Shown here: positions 1 to 9,034 of the stretch, piece by piece
How the letters are laid out: every line of letters starts with the position of its first letter
How positions within the stretch are numbered: the stretch's first letter is position 1
NCBI GenBank assembly: GCA_020349945.1
Contig: CP070704.1
Location: forward strand, 643,243 to 677,012
DNA from: Deltaproteobacteria bacterium
GTDB lineage: Bacteria > Desulfobacterota > DSM-4660 > Desulfatiglandales > B25-G16
Length of the DNA stretch: 33,770 bases
Direction: 5' to 3'
Made by a program: the position numbers and the translations under genes
The notes under the pieces: generated by a model
Seen by the model: the letters and a program-made list of their open reading frames with translations, nothing else
Databases searched by the model: none
What the model was told of the DNA's origin: nothing

Positions 1-1
1 C

Positions 2-646
2 AAGGCAGTTGTATTTGAGTCAAAACTGGCGCCCGGCGGCGGCATGTGGGGTGGCGGCATGATGTTCAACGAGATTGTCGTTCAGGATGATGCCATTCGT
101 ATTGTGGAGGAGCTGGGAATCACGCATCACCCAAAGGGGAACGGCCAATACACCATGGACAGCGTGGAGGCCACCTCTACCATTGTTTCGAGCTGCGTCA
201 AGTCAGGAACTACTATCTTTAATCTGATAAAGGTGACGGATGTGTTGTTCAGGCAAGAGGCAGGGCAGAGCAAGGTGTCCGGCCTTGTCATTAACTGGTC
301 CCCTGTGGAAACCTTGGAACTTCATGTGGACCCGCTTGGGATAAAAGCCTCCTTTGTAGTGGATGGCACCGGTCATCCAGCGGAAATCTGCCGAATCGTG
401 ACACGAAAGATGGGGGTAACATTGAATACGAAAACCGGTGACGTGGTGGGAGAAATGCCCCTGTGGGCAGAAAAGGGAGAGCAGTTTACTGTGGCCAACA
501 CGGGTGAGGTCTTTCCTGGCCTCTATGTGGCCGGAATGGCAGCTAACAATGTCTTCGGTGGCCCTCGCATGGGCCCTATATTCGGGGGGATGCTCCTTTC
601 CGGAAGGAAGGTCGCCGAAATGATCTCCCTGAAGTCCAAGAAATAG
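2..646 (+). CDS. thi4: Sulfide-dependent (non-Cys) adenosine diphosphate thiazole synthase Thi4, 5' truncated by the window edge
   Basis: Frame is open from base 2 (KAVVFESKLAPGGGMWGGGMMFN). Thi4 motifs GGGMWGGG, LHVDP, DGTGH and GGPRMGPIFGGMLLSG are present. thiE follows directly. Confidence 0.93.
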   Translation, partial: KAVVFESKLAPGGGMWGGGMMFNEIVVQDDAIRIVEELGITHHPKGNGQYTMDSVEATSTIVSSCVKSGTTIFNLIKVTDVLFRQEAGQSKVSGLVINWSPVETLELHVDPLGIKASFVVDGTGHPAEICRIVTRKMGVTLNTKTGDVVGEMPLWAEKGEQFTVANTGEVFPGLYVAGMAANNVFGGPRMGPIFGGMLLSGRKVAEMISLKSKK

Positions 647-655
647 GGTATTACG

Positions 656-1285
656 ATGAAGCCACTCGAGGAGGTAAGGCTTTACTGTTTTTCCCCCGGT
701 AGTTTTCTGATGGGCAGAGACCCCATTGAAATGGTTGCGGCTCAAATAAGGGGGGGAGCGGATGTAATTCAACTACGCGAAAAAGATATGCCGAAAAGGG
801 AAAAGCTAGAGTTAGGTCGTGCGGTCAAGAACTTAGCCGCACGGGAAGGGGCTCTCTTTATTGTTAACGATGATCTTGATCTGGCCTTGATACTTGAAGC
901 TGATGGTGTTCACCTTGGCCAAGATGATATACCTATACAATATGCGAGGCCCCTGTTGAAAGACAAGATAATCGGTATATCCACACACTCCTTGGAGCAG
1001 GCGCGGCAGGCCATTGATAGCGGTGCGGACTATATAGGAATAGGCCCTGTATTTGAGACAGAGACCAAAATTAGGGTTGACCAAGTTGTGGGGATAGATT
1101 TAGTCCTGAAGGTGAAGGCCTTATCTTCTATCCCGGTAATAGCAATCGGTGGTATAGGGGAAAACAATATAGATTTGCTAGTAGATAGGGGGATAAAACG
1201 GGCTGCTATTATCTCAGATATCCTTTCCTCAGACGATATCGAGGCCAAGACCAGGGCCTTAAAAGAGAAGCTAAGAAATGTCTAA
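656..1285 (+). CDS. thiE: Thiamine-phosphate synthase
   Basis: Motifs IQLREK, FIVNDD, DGVHLGQDD, IGISTHS, GPVFETETK and AIGGI; starts 9 bp after thi4. Confidence 0.95.
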   Translation: MKPLEEVRLYCFSPGSFLMGRDPIEMVAAQIRGGADVIQLREKDMPKREKLELGRAVKNLAAREGALFIVNDDLDLALILEADGVHLGQDDIPIQYARPLLKDKIIGISTHSLEQARQAIDSGADYIGIGPVFETETKIRVDQVVGIDLVLKVKALSSIPVIAIGGIGENNIDLLVDRGIKRAAIISDILSSDDIEAKTRALKEKLRNV

Positions 1286-1332
1286 AATGAGGTAAGGTCC
1301 TTAGTATACAGTACCCAGCTGAAGGATTAAAC

Positions 1333-2682
1333 ATGACTCAAAGTGACTATGACATTCTGCTTGATAACATTAGGAATTTGATCCAAGAAAAGGCCTCTCC
1401 AGATCTGGAAAGTTTGATAACCGAGCCCCACCCAGCAGATCTCGCTGATTTGATAGAACACCTGGATAGCGAGGAGAGGCTTAGTGTGTTTAAGCTTCTT
1501 TCTTCTGAAAGGGCGGGCGAGGTCTTGAAAGAAATGTCATCCCCCATACAGGAGACCCTTACTCATGAACTGGATGACAAGACAGTAGCCGAGATCTTGA
1601 ATGAGCTCAATTCAGACGATGCTACGGATATCCTCACTCATCTCCCAAGAGAGAGGGCTCAGAAGATAATCGGCTTGGTTCAGCCAGAGGTATCCGAAGA
1701 GTTACAGAAGTTACTCGGGTATAAAACCGATACAGCTGGCGGCATTATGGCCCTGGAATTTGTTTCTGTTAATGCCAGTTCCACCATTGGAGAGGCCATA
1801 GAAAACATTAGAAAAAAGAGGGAAGAGGTTGAGAAGCTCTATTATGTCTGGGCCGTGGACGAATTTGGTAAACTGGTGGGGGTTGTCTCCATAAAGGATC
1901 TTGTCCTTGAGCCGGAAGATCGAAGGATTAAGGAAATAATGAACCCTGATGTTATCAGCGTAGATGTCAATGCCGATCAGGAAGAGGTAGCAAGGGTTGC
2001 TAAACAATACGATCTTGCCAACATACCTGTTGTCAATGATCAGCATAAACTCGTAGGGCGAATAACCAATGACGACATTATCGATGTCATTGAAGAGGAG
2101 GCCAGTGAGGATATGTCCCTGATGGCAGGTGTTATGGATCAGCAAATTGGTGAGGGATCCGCATTCAAGATTTCTAAGGCACGCCTCCCGTGGCTCCTTC
2201 TAGGTCTATTTGGGGGGCTTCTGTCGGCCTTAGTAATTAATCATTTTCATGGCTCTATAGAAAAAATACTCGCCCTATCATTCTTTATACCGGTAATAAT
2301 GGCAATGGGTGGAAATACTGGCACTCAAGCAGCTACCGTTGTAATCAGGGGCCTGGCCACAGGCGATATAAGCGTAATTCATACCAGTAAAAGGCTCGTG
2401 GTAGAGTTGTGGGTGGCATTGATAAATGGCATCCTCTGCGGTATCCTTTTAGGGCTTGTGGTGGCCTTCTGGTTATCTGACCCTCAATTAGGCCTCGGTG
2501 TTGGGGTTAGCCTGATCACGGTAATACTCTTTTCCGGCTCCTTCGGGGCATTCATCCCTCTTCTCCTCAGAAAGCTCAATATCGACCCGGCATTAGCTAC
2601 AGGACCATTCATTACCACATCGAACGATATACTCGGACTCTTGATCTATCTCAGTATTGTTACCCATTTCCTCATGGCCTGA
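1333..2682 (+). CDS. mgtE: Magnesium transporter MgtE
   Basis: N-domain (HPADLADLIE), CBS pair (TAGGIM...), and TM region with MGGNTGTQA and IDPALATGPFITTSNDILG. GAAGGA RBS upstream. Confidence 0.95.
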   Translation: MTQSDYDILLDNIRNLIQEKASPDLESLITEPHPADLADLIEHLDSEERLSVFKLLSSERAGEVLKEMSSPIQETLTHELDDKTVAEILNELNSDDATDILTHLPRERAQKIIGLVQPEVSEELQKLLGYKTDTAGGIMALEFVSVNASSTIGEAIENIRKKREEVEKLYYVWAVDEFGKLVGVVSIKDLVLEPEDRRIKEIMNPDVISVDVNADQEEVARVAKQYDLANIPVVNDQHKLVGRITNDDIIDVIEEEASEDMSLMAGVMDQQIGEGSAFKISKARLPWLLLGLFGGLLSALVINHFHGSIEKILALSFFIPVIMAMGGNTGTQAATVVIRGLATGDISVIHTSKRLVVELWVALINGILCGILLGLVVAFWLSDPQLGLGVGVSLITVILFSGSFGAFIPLLLRKLNIDPALATGPFITTSNDILGLLIYLSIVTHFLMA

Positions 2683-3607
2683 GGGCAAAAAAACTCTTAA
2701 CTGACCTTTTAACCCTACCCAAAAACTCCCACTTTGGTCCCACCAACCTTCTCATCTCAGGAAGATGATCCATAGCTGCCGACTCCCCCAGGGAAATCAG
2801 CTCCCTTGATTGGGAAAAATCAGTCCAGTGGGTGCCCTCTAACTGTGGCCTGATAACAATGTCTGCCCTTTCCAGATCGTATCGCTCCAGGTGGAAACCC
2901 TGTATCTCGCCAGCCCTTACGTATATGTCCACAGCTGTTTGAAGGTCTGAGACCAAGGATATGTCCCTATCTACGGCTACAGCAATAACCGCATCAGCTC
3001 CTTCTTCCAAGGCGCAGCTTACAGGCACTACGGAGATAATACCACCGTCGGAAAGTTGTCTGCCGTTAATCTCAACCGGTGGTAAAGCGCCAGGAACCGC
3101 CGAACTGGCTAGTATTGAGCGCCTTAAAGAACCTTCTTTCAGGACAACGAGCTCGCCACGTAATAGATCTGTTGCCACGGCCCTAAAGGGTATTGCGGTT
3201 TCACCGATTTGGATGTCCGGTATGAAGAAGTTGATGAACTCCTCGATATCGTTTATCTGCAAAATGCTGTGTCTATAGAGCGCCTGGGCCAACCTGATCT
3301 TACTTCTAAAATAGGAATGGATCCTTCTACTCAAACTCAGTTCGGCTCCACTTTCTGCATCACCCATGGCCTTAAGCTCAGATGAAGTGTAGAGATTGCT
3401 TTCCAAGAAAGATGCGAGCCTTCCCTCCAGTTCCCCGACCTTCATCCCGCTTGCCAGGGCACCCCCAACAATTGCACCTACGCTTGTGCCCACAATAATA
3501 CCAGGCCTGATCTTTTCTCTTTCCAACACCTTCATGACCCCTATGTGGGCTAATCCTCTTGCCCCACCACCACCCAAGGCCAATCCGATCTTCCCAACCT
3601 TTCTCAT
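2672..3607 (-). CDS. Patatin-like phospholipase (RssA/NTE family)
   Basis: GGGGARGLAHIG oxyanion motif, GTSVG nucleophile motif and DGG motif. Converges on mgtE with an 11-bp overlap. Confidence 0.9.
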   Translation of the reverse strand: MRKVGKIGLALGGGGARGLAHIGVMKVLEREKIRPGIIVGTSVGAIVGGALASGMKVGELEGRLASFLESNLYTSSELKAMGDAESGAELSLSRRIHSYFRSKIRLAQALYRHSILQINDIEEFINFFIPDIQIGETAIPFRAVATDLLRGELVVLKEGSLRRSILASSAVPGALPPVEINGRQLSDGGIISVVPVSCALEEGADAVIAVAVDRDISLVSDLQTAVDIYVRAGEIQGFHLERYDLERADIVIRPQLEGTHWTDFSQSRELISLGESAAMDHLPEMRRLVGPKWEFLGRVKRSVKSFFALRP

Positions 3608-3776
3608 AAAGGCACCTGATCCAAGATTAAAAGCCTATCATGCGGTAAAATATACCAAAAACCCATTGCCAAAGGCCACAATAATACAAGGGTTTGACAG
3701 CCGTGTGCAGAATTACATGAAGGTTACTATCTCGAGGAAACTTGGGCGGACACGATGGGGCCGACAAAAAGGCAAA

Positions 3777-4439
3777 TCACTCCTCGATGACGGAGGGTAT
3801 CCACTGGTAAATCGGTGCCAGGTCTTTTTTCACCTGTCCTTTTTGGGGGATCATAAAAATGAAGCCCTTTCTCTGGCCCGGAACGATTGCAATATGGCGG
3901 ACAAGGCCCGGGTCAGGGTTATTATCAATAAACTTCATGAAATGATCGTGCATCTCGGCCCTTTCATAATAGAGGTAGAAATCGTATGCTCCCCACGTTA
4001 TTTCTTCTCTGTCAAAGCGATGGACATTGGTTATTTTCGGCCCCCGAAAGCTAGCATATTTTGCCTCAATCAGATGTGCCTCTGCTGGAGGACGATGTCT
4101 TAGGTACAACGTGATGAACAGTCGATCGTATTTCATGATGAGCTTTGATATGGGCATATAAAGCCATGAATGCCTTGGAAGGAGCGTGATTGTAGCGTCA
4201 ATCTGGGAAATAGGGCCTCTCTTTTTGATGAAGAGATTGGCATGGTATCCGACAACCCCTCCGATATTCGTGAAGGTCTGATCGTCGGGTTTGACCACAT
4301 CTACAAGGTCATTAAATGCGGAGAGAAATACCCTTTTGTTTTGTCTCCTCCCCCAGAAATAACCGATTGTAAGGATACAGGAAAAGGCAATAAAAAGGAA
4401 AAAAACAGGCTGCGTAACAATATGTCCATGTTCAAACAT
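3777..4439 (-). CDS. Membrane-anchored hypothetical protein (220 aa), last gene of the cstA cluster; possible CCDC47/DUF1682-like fold
   Basis: Start moved from 4553 to the ATG at 4439 (MFEHGHIV...), which avoids overlap with the ATPase gene and has purine-rich sequence upstream. One N-terminal TM helix (VFFLFIAFSCILTIGYFWG) precedes a soluble domain. The confidence is for the CDS; the fold call is much less certain. Confidence 0.75.
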   Translation of the reverse strand: MFEHGHIVTQPVFFLFIAFSCILTIGYFWGRRQNKRVFLSAFNDLVDVVKPDDQTFTNIGGVVGYHANLFIKKRGPISQIDATITLLPRHSWLYMPISKLIMKYDRLFITLYLRHRPPAEAHLIEAKYASFRGPKITNVHRFDREEITWGAYDFYLYYERAEMHDHFMKFIDNNPDPGLVRHIAIVPGQRKGFIFMIPQKGQVKKDLAPIYQWIPSVIEE

Positions 4440-4455
4440 CTCTTCTTGCCCTTTC

Positions 4456-5376
4456 CTAGAGCCTGGATATGATGTCTTCCGGTATATCGTAGAGCTTTCC
4501 ACCTTTGCCATCAAGGAGCGCCCTTGATAGGGAAACCCGTTCCAAGGGAACATTCTTCATGTTTGTTATATCTCTTTCAACATGCTCAGCCGTCTCTTTA
4601 TTCTCTTCAGTGACCTTATTGTCTATAAGCAGGCGAAGGGGGAACCCTAAATCCTCAAGGCCTTCAATCAACCTCTGAGATTCCTTGAGCGAAAGAATAT
4701 CAGGATTAAAAACCAGGACAACAGAGCAGTTTTCACCCTGTAAGATGGTGTTGAGGGACTGGTAATTCTTTTTCAGTGTTCTGAGTCTTTTCAACACATC
4801 ATCGTCACCTTCATGGTAACTGAGCACAGTTTCCTTCTTGCTTAACTCTCCCCTTATCCTATAGATCGTATAGCGCTTTTCTAAGATCCTTCGCCTGATT
4901 TGGATCAATCGGTCAACCCAGGTCATGGTCACCCTGGGAAGGGCAAGAAACCTGAGGGTCAACCCCGTCGGGGGGGTATCGAAGATGATATAGTCAAATT
5001 TCCCTTCGGTTCTGATGGTTTCCTCAATGCTTGTCAGTAAGGCATACTCTTCGATGCCCGGTGAATATTTCAGCACTGAAAAGTAATTGTCGAGATTTAA
5101 TGTTTGAAGATATCTGTAGGTGCTGGAAAGGACGTTGATTTCCCTTTCTAAATACTGCTCGGATAGCTTGTGAAGATTGATCTCCTTGAGATGAAGGGTA
5201 TCTGTAAATCGACTTTTCCTGTTTCTGAGGGTGACCCCGAATATGTCGCCCAAATTGTGTGCCGGATCAAGGGAAACGATCAGTACACGATATTTTTGAG
5301 ATAGCTGCCATGCTGCAGCAGCTGCCATGGTGGATTTTCCTACCCCACCCTTTCCGGTGAAAAAAAGGATCTTCAT
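4456..5376 (-). CDS. Single-domain ArsA/Get3(TRC40)-family ATPase
   Basis: Deviant Walker A GKGGVGKS, switch I SLDPAHNL, PGIEE and switch II FDTPPTGLTLRFLALP. At 306 aa it has one nucleotide-binding domain. The start abuts the upstream stop (TAA-ATG). Confidence 0.92.
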   Translation of the reverse strand: MKILFFTGKGGVGKSTMAAAAAWQLSQKYRVLIVSLDPAHNLGDIFGVTLRNRKSRFTDTLHLKEINLHKLSEQYLEREINVLSSTYRYLQTLNLDNYFSVLKYSPGIEEYALLTSIEETIRTEGKFDYIIFDTPPTGLTLRFLALPRVTMTWVDRLIQIRRRILEKRYTIYRIRGELSKKETVLSYHEGDDDVLKRLRTLKKNYQSLNTILQGENCSVVLVFNPDILSLKESQRLIEGLEDLGFPLRLLIDNKVTEENKETAEHVERDITNMKNVPLERVSLSRALLDGKGGKLYDIPEDIISRL

Positions 5377-5658
5377 TTACTCAATACCCATTACTCCACA
5401 CATCTCCGCCAGCATATCCCCGGCATCCCGGGCCCTCCGGTTTAAAATCTTCAGTTCCTTTTCCATGAAAGGCAAGAGCTCGACAGCTAAAAAGGTGGGT
5501 GGAGAAGGCAGCCCAACAAAGGATCCCAGAAGCAGAAGTGCGAAGATATTTTCTAGCTCCTCGGTCTCGACAATCGTCAGTGCAACGGCATTTTCACGCT
5601 GCGAGGCATGAAACCCGGAAAAGACACCTCGAAGAAAACTGAGAATCGAAAAACCCAT
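5377..5658 (-). CDS. Small CstA-associated hydrophobic protein (resembles cory-CC-star-type proteins but has no terminal CC)
   Basis: 93 aa, located between cstA and the ArsA-like gene. Core EELENIFALLLLGSFVGLPSPP...ELLP resembles, from memory, small proteins of cstA-arsA loci. Confidence 0.75.
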   Translation of the reverse strand: MGFSILSFLRGVFSGFHASQRENAVALTIVETEELENIFALLLLGSFVGLPSPPTFLAVELLPFMEKELKILNRRARDAGDMLAEMCGVMGIE

Positions 5659-5676
5659 CAGGATGGCTTCACAGGT

Positions 5677-5737
5677 TGGGGTTGGTCAAACCGGTGCACG
5701 GTTCTTGTTCCGTGCACCGGTAATAAGACTCGCCCCA
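5677..5737 (-). other. Intercistronic stem-loop downstream of cstA
   Basis: Perfect 12-bp inverted repeat accggtgcacgg (5690-5701) / ccgtgcaccggt (5710-5721) with an 8-nt loop, extended by tgggg (5677-5681) / cccca (5733-5737). No long U-tract. Confidence 0.8.
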
Positions 5738-5745
5738 CAAGAATG

Positions 5746-7470
5746 TTACGCTGTTTTATATGCCTTGGATTTGAAAAAGTCCCGAATAAACACAATATTC
5801 AAAACCAGCAGTATGACTAGAAAGATCATAGACGCCCATCCCGTAACGGGTTTTGTAGCGATCTCGCCCGGCTGGACAACCACAATGAACCAGACAATAG
5901 CAGCAGTGACCGTAATCCAGAGAATCAAGGCCGGAATGACGGCAGCATTGGCAAATCTGGATCTTAATTTTTTAGCCACAAATCCAGCACCGGTCATGAG
6001 GGCGATAGAGGCAATCAGCTGGTTTGCCGCTCCAAAAGCACCCCAGATGATCAGAAAACTTCCACTCCAGGCCAGCCAGATTCCTATTGCCGCTGGAATC
6101 AGAGATGCGATCCAACGATTGGTTATGAAATTGTAAAACCCTCTGGCGCTTTCTTTCAGAGGCGCGGCCATCTCTGCAACACAGTAACGTCCCAGTCGGT
6201 TGGTCGTATCCAGGCTGGTCATGGCAAAGGCAGCGACCCACATGCCCGCGATGACCTTCACATACTCAGCTGGAATAAACCCTAACCATGTTGCCCCCAC
6301 CATGTCCGTATACGATTGGAGAAATAGGTTTGCCTTGCCCAGCTTAACAGATGCGGAGGCCTTGGTAAACATGGCACCCCAGTTGCCCGCATTCAGTACG
6401 TCCACTCCTACGCCTGCATTCCTCAGGGCCGTGTATCCAAATCCGGCTATGGATACCACAACAACGGTGGACAGGAATCCTTCGAAAAACATCCCCCCAT
6501 AACCAATGAAGAGTCCATGGCTCTCCTTTTCCATCTGTTTTGAGGTTGTTCCCGAGGCAACGAGAGAGTGGAACCCGGAAAGCGAGCCGCAGGCGATGAT
6601 CAGAGGAATTGCTGGCCAGAAGGGCGTGGGCTTGCCGCCGACGAGGATGGGCGAAAAGCTTGAAAATGCAGGCACCTCAAATCCCCTGAACGCAAAAAGG
6701 GCGCCAAAAAGGCCCAAGAGTAGACCAGCAAACAAAAGCCAGGAATTCAGATAGTCCCTCGGCTGCAATAAGACATTGACGGGAATGGCGGCAGCAATGA
6801 TGATATAGAAAAAGAACACAATCATCCAGGTGTCAAAATCCGCTTTTATAGGAAGCGCGACGCCTGCCCAGATGGAGGCCATCAGCATAGCGATGCCGAT
6901 TATGGTAGCCAGCAAATAATTCATCTTGACTCGGTAGAGCAAGACACCCAGGATGAGAGCGGCCACAATAGCCCAGAGGTAGGCGGAGGCAATGGCGGGA
7001 GTTCTGACAAACATTCCGCCGACAATGGAGCTGAAGGCGGCCACCACAAAAACGATGGCGAGTAAAACGATCCAGTAGAATGCTGTTCCTGTTCTCTTCC
7101 CTATGAGATCAGTGGCGACAAACTGAATCGACTTGCCGTCGTAGCGGACAGATGCCATCAGGGCCAGATAGTCGTGAACGGCTCCGATGAAGGCATTACC
7201 TAACCAGACCCAGAGTAGGCCAGGAACCCAACCCCAGCACATCGCTACTGCAGGGCCAATAATAGGGGCAGCACCGGCAATCGAGGCAAAGTGATGTCCA
7301 AAAAGAACCCCCCGCCTTGCTGAGATATAATCTACCCCATCATAGAGGCGCTTGGCTGGTGTTTCTATAGAGTCCGAAGCCTTCACGACATCTCTCTCTA
7401 CCTTTTTTCCGTAGGTGAAATACAGAACTAGGTAAATCAAAAGACCGATACTGATAACAACTGATGACAT
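5746..7470 (-). CDS. cstA: Carbon starvation protein A family transporter (peptide/pyruvate)
   Basis: Motifs TPA...DGVDY, LFGHHFASIAGAAPIIGP, GAVHDY, LLQPRDYLN, IACGSLSGFHSLVASGTTSKQ and TSLDTTNRLGR. Many TM helices; strong AAGGAGG RBS. Confidence 0.96.
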   Translation of the reverse strand: MSSVVISIGLLIYLVLYFTYGKKVERDVVKASDSIETPAKRLYDGVDYISARRGVLFGHHFASIAGAAPIIGPAVAMCWGWVPGLLWVWLGNAFIGAVHDYLALMASVRYDGKSIQFVATDLIGKRTGTAFYWIVLLAIVFVVAAFSSIVGGMFVRTPAIASAYLWAIVAALILGVLLYRVKMNYLLATIIGIAMLMASIWAGVALPIKADFDTWMIVFFFYIIIAAAIPVNVLLQPRDYLNSWLLFAGLLLGLFGALFAFRGFEVPAFSSFSPILVGGKPTPFWPAIPLIIACGSLSGFHSLVASGTTSKQMEKESHGLFIGYGGMFFEGFLSTVVVVSIAGFGYTALRNAGVGVDVLNAGNWGAMFTKASASVKLGKANLFLQSYTDMVGATWLGFIPAEYVKVIAGMWVAAFAMTSLDTTNRLGRYCVAEMAAPLKESARGFYNFITNRWIASLIPAAIGIWLAWSGSFLIIWGAFGAANQLIASIALMTGAGFVAKKLRSRFANAAVIPALILWITVTAAIVWFIVVVQPGEIATKPVTGWASMIFLVILLVLNIVFIRDFFKSKAYKTA

Positions 7471-7572
7471 GATTAGACCTCCTTTCGCTCAGCACTATAT
7501 AGGTTAGTAAAATTCCGTCTGAACCTCCTTTTCGCTGAAGCCTAAGGTATCCCTCTAACTCAATCCTTTGAC

Positions 7573-7602
7573 CTTGTAACAAAAACTTTTCTGATTAGTC
7601 AA
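7573..7602 (-). promoter_or_regulatory. Candidate sigma70 promoter for the cstA operon
   Basis: Minus strand TTGACT-N18-TACAAG with TG in the extended -10 position, about 100 nt upstream of the cstA ATG. Confidence 0.45.
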
Positions 7603-7666
7603 GAAAACAATGTGAGATATTTTTATCTGGGAAGGCTAAGATGAGGAGGCTAGGCGAACTGAACAC

Positions 7667-8968
<1,302 letters not shown>

Positions 8969-8975
8969 CTACCTC

Positions 8976-9028
8976 AAAGAAAATAAGCCCCCTCCACATT
9001 CTTTTTAGGAACGATGCGGTGATGGGGC
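8976..9028 (-). terminator. Terminator-like hairpin between the PAC2 gene and purA
   Basis: Minus strand gcccc..ccgcat..loop..atgtgg..ggggc (8987-9028) followed by U-rich ttattttcttt. The stem is imperfect. Confidence 0.45.
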
Positions 9029-9034
9029 ACCTGA

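Noticed and set aside
3396-4103. 235-aa plus-strand ORF and the other antisense or alternate-frame ORFs (e.g. 203-772, 12466-12921, 23667-24203, 24737-25228, 25567-25953)
   Set aside because: They shadow well-supported genes and show no recognisable motifs.
4440-4553. N-terminal extension of the 258-aa ORF
   Set aside because: It overlaps the ATPase 3' end by about 100 bp. ATG 4439 places the TM helix near the N-terminus.
4456-5376. Arsenic resistance operon
   Set aside because: No arsB/acr3, arsC, arsD or arsR in the window, and the metalloid-binding cysteines are absent.
5377-5400. Selenocysteine read-through in the CstA-linked small protein
   Set aside because: The stop is TAA, not TGA, and the next gene starts immediately.
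5746-7470. Apparently higher GC in cstA as evidence of a genomic island
   Set aside because: thi4 and mreB look similarly GC-richer by eye. There is no integrase, tRNA or flanking direct repeat, and I could not compute composition reliably.
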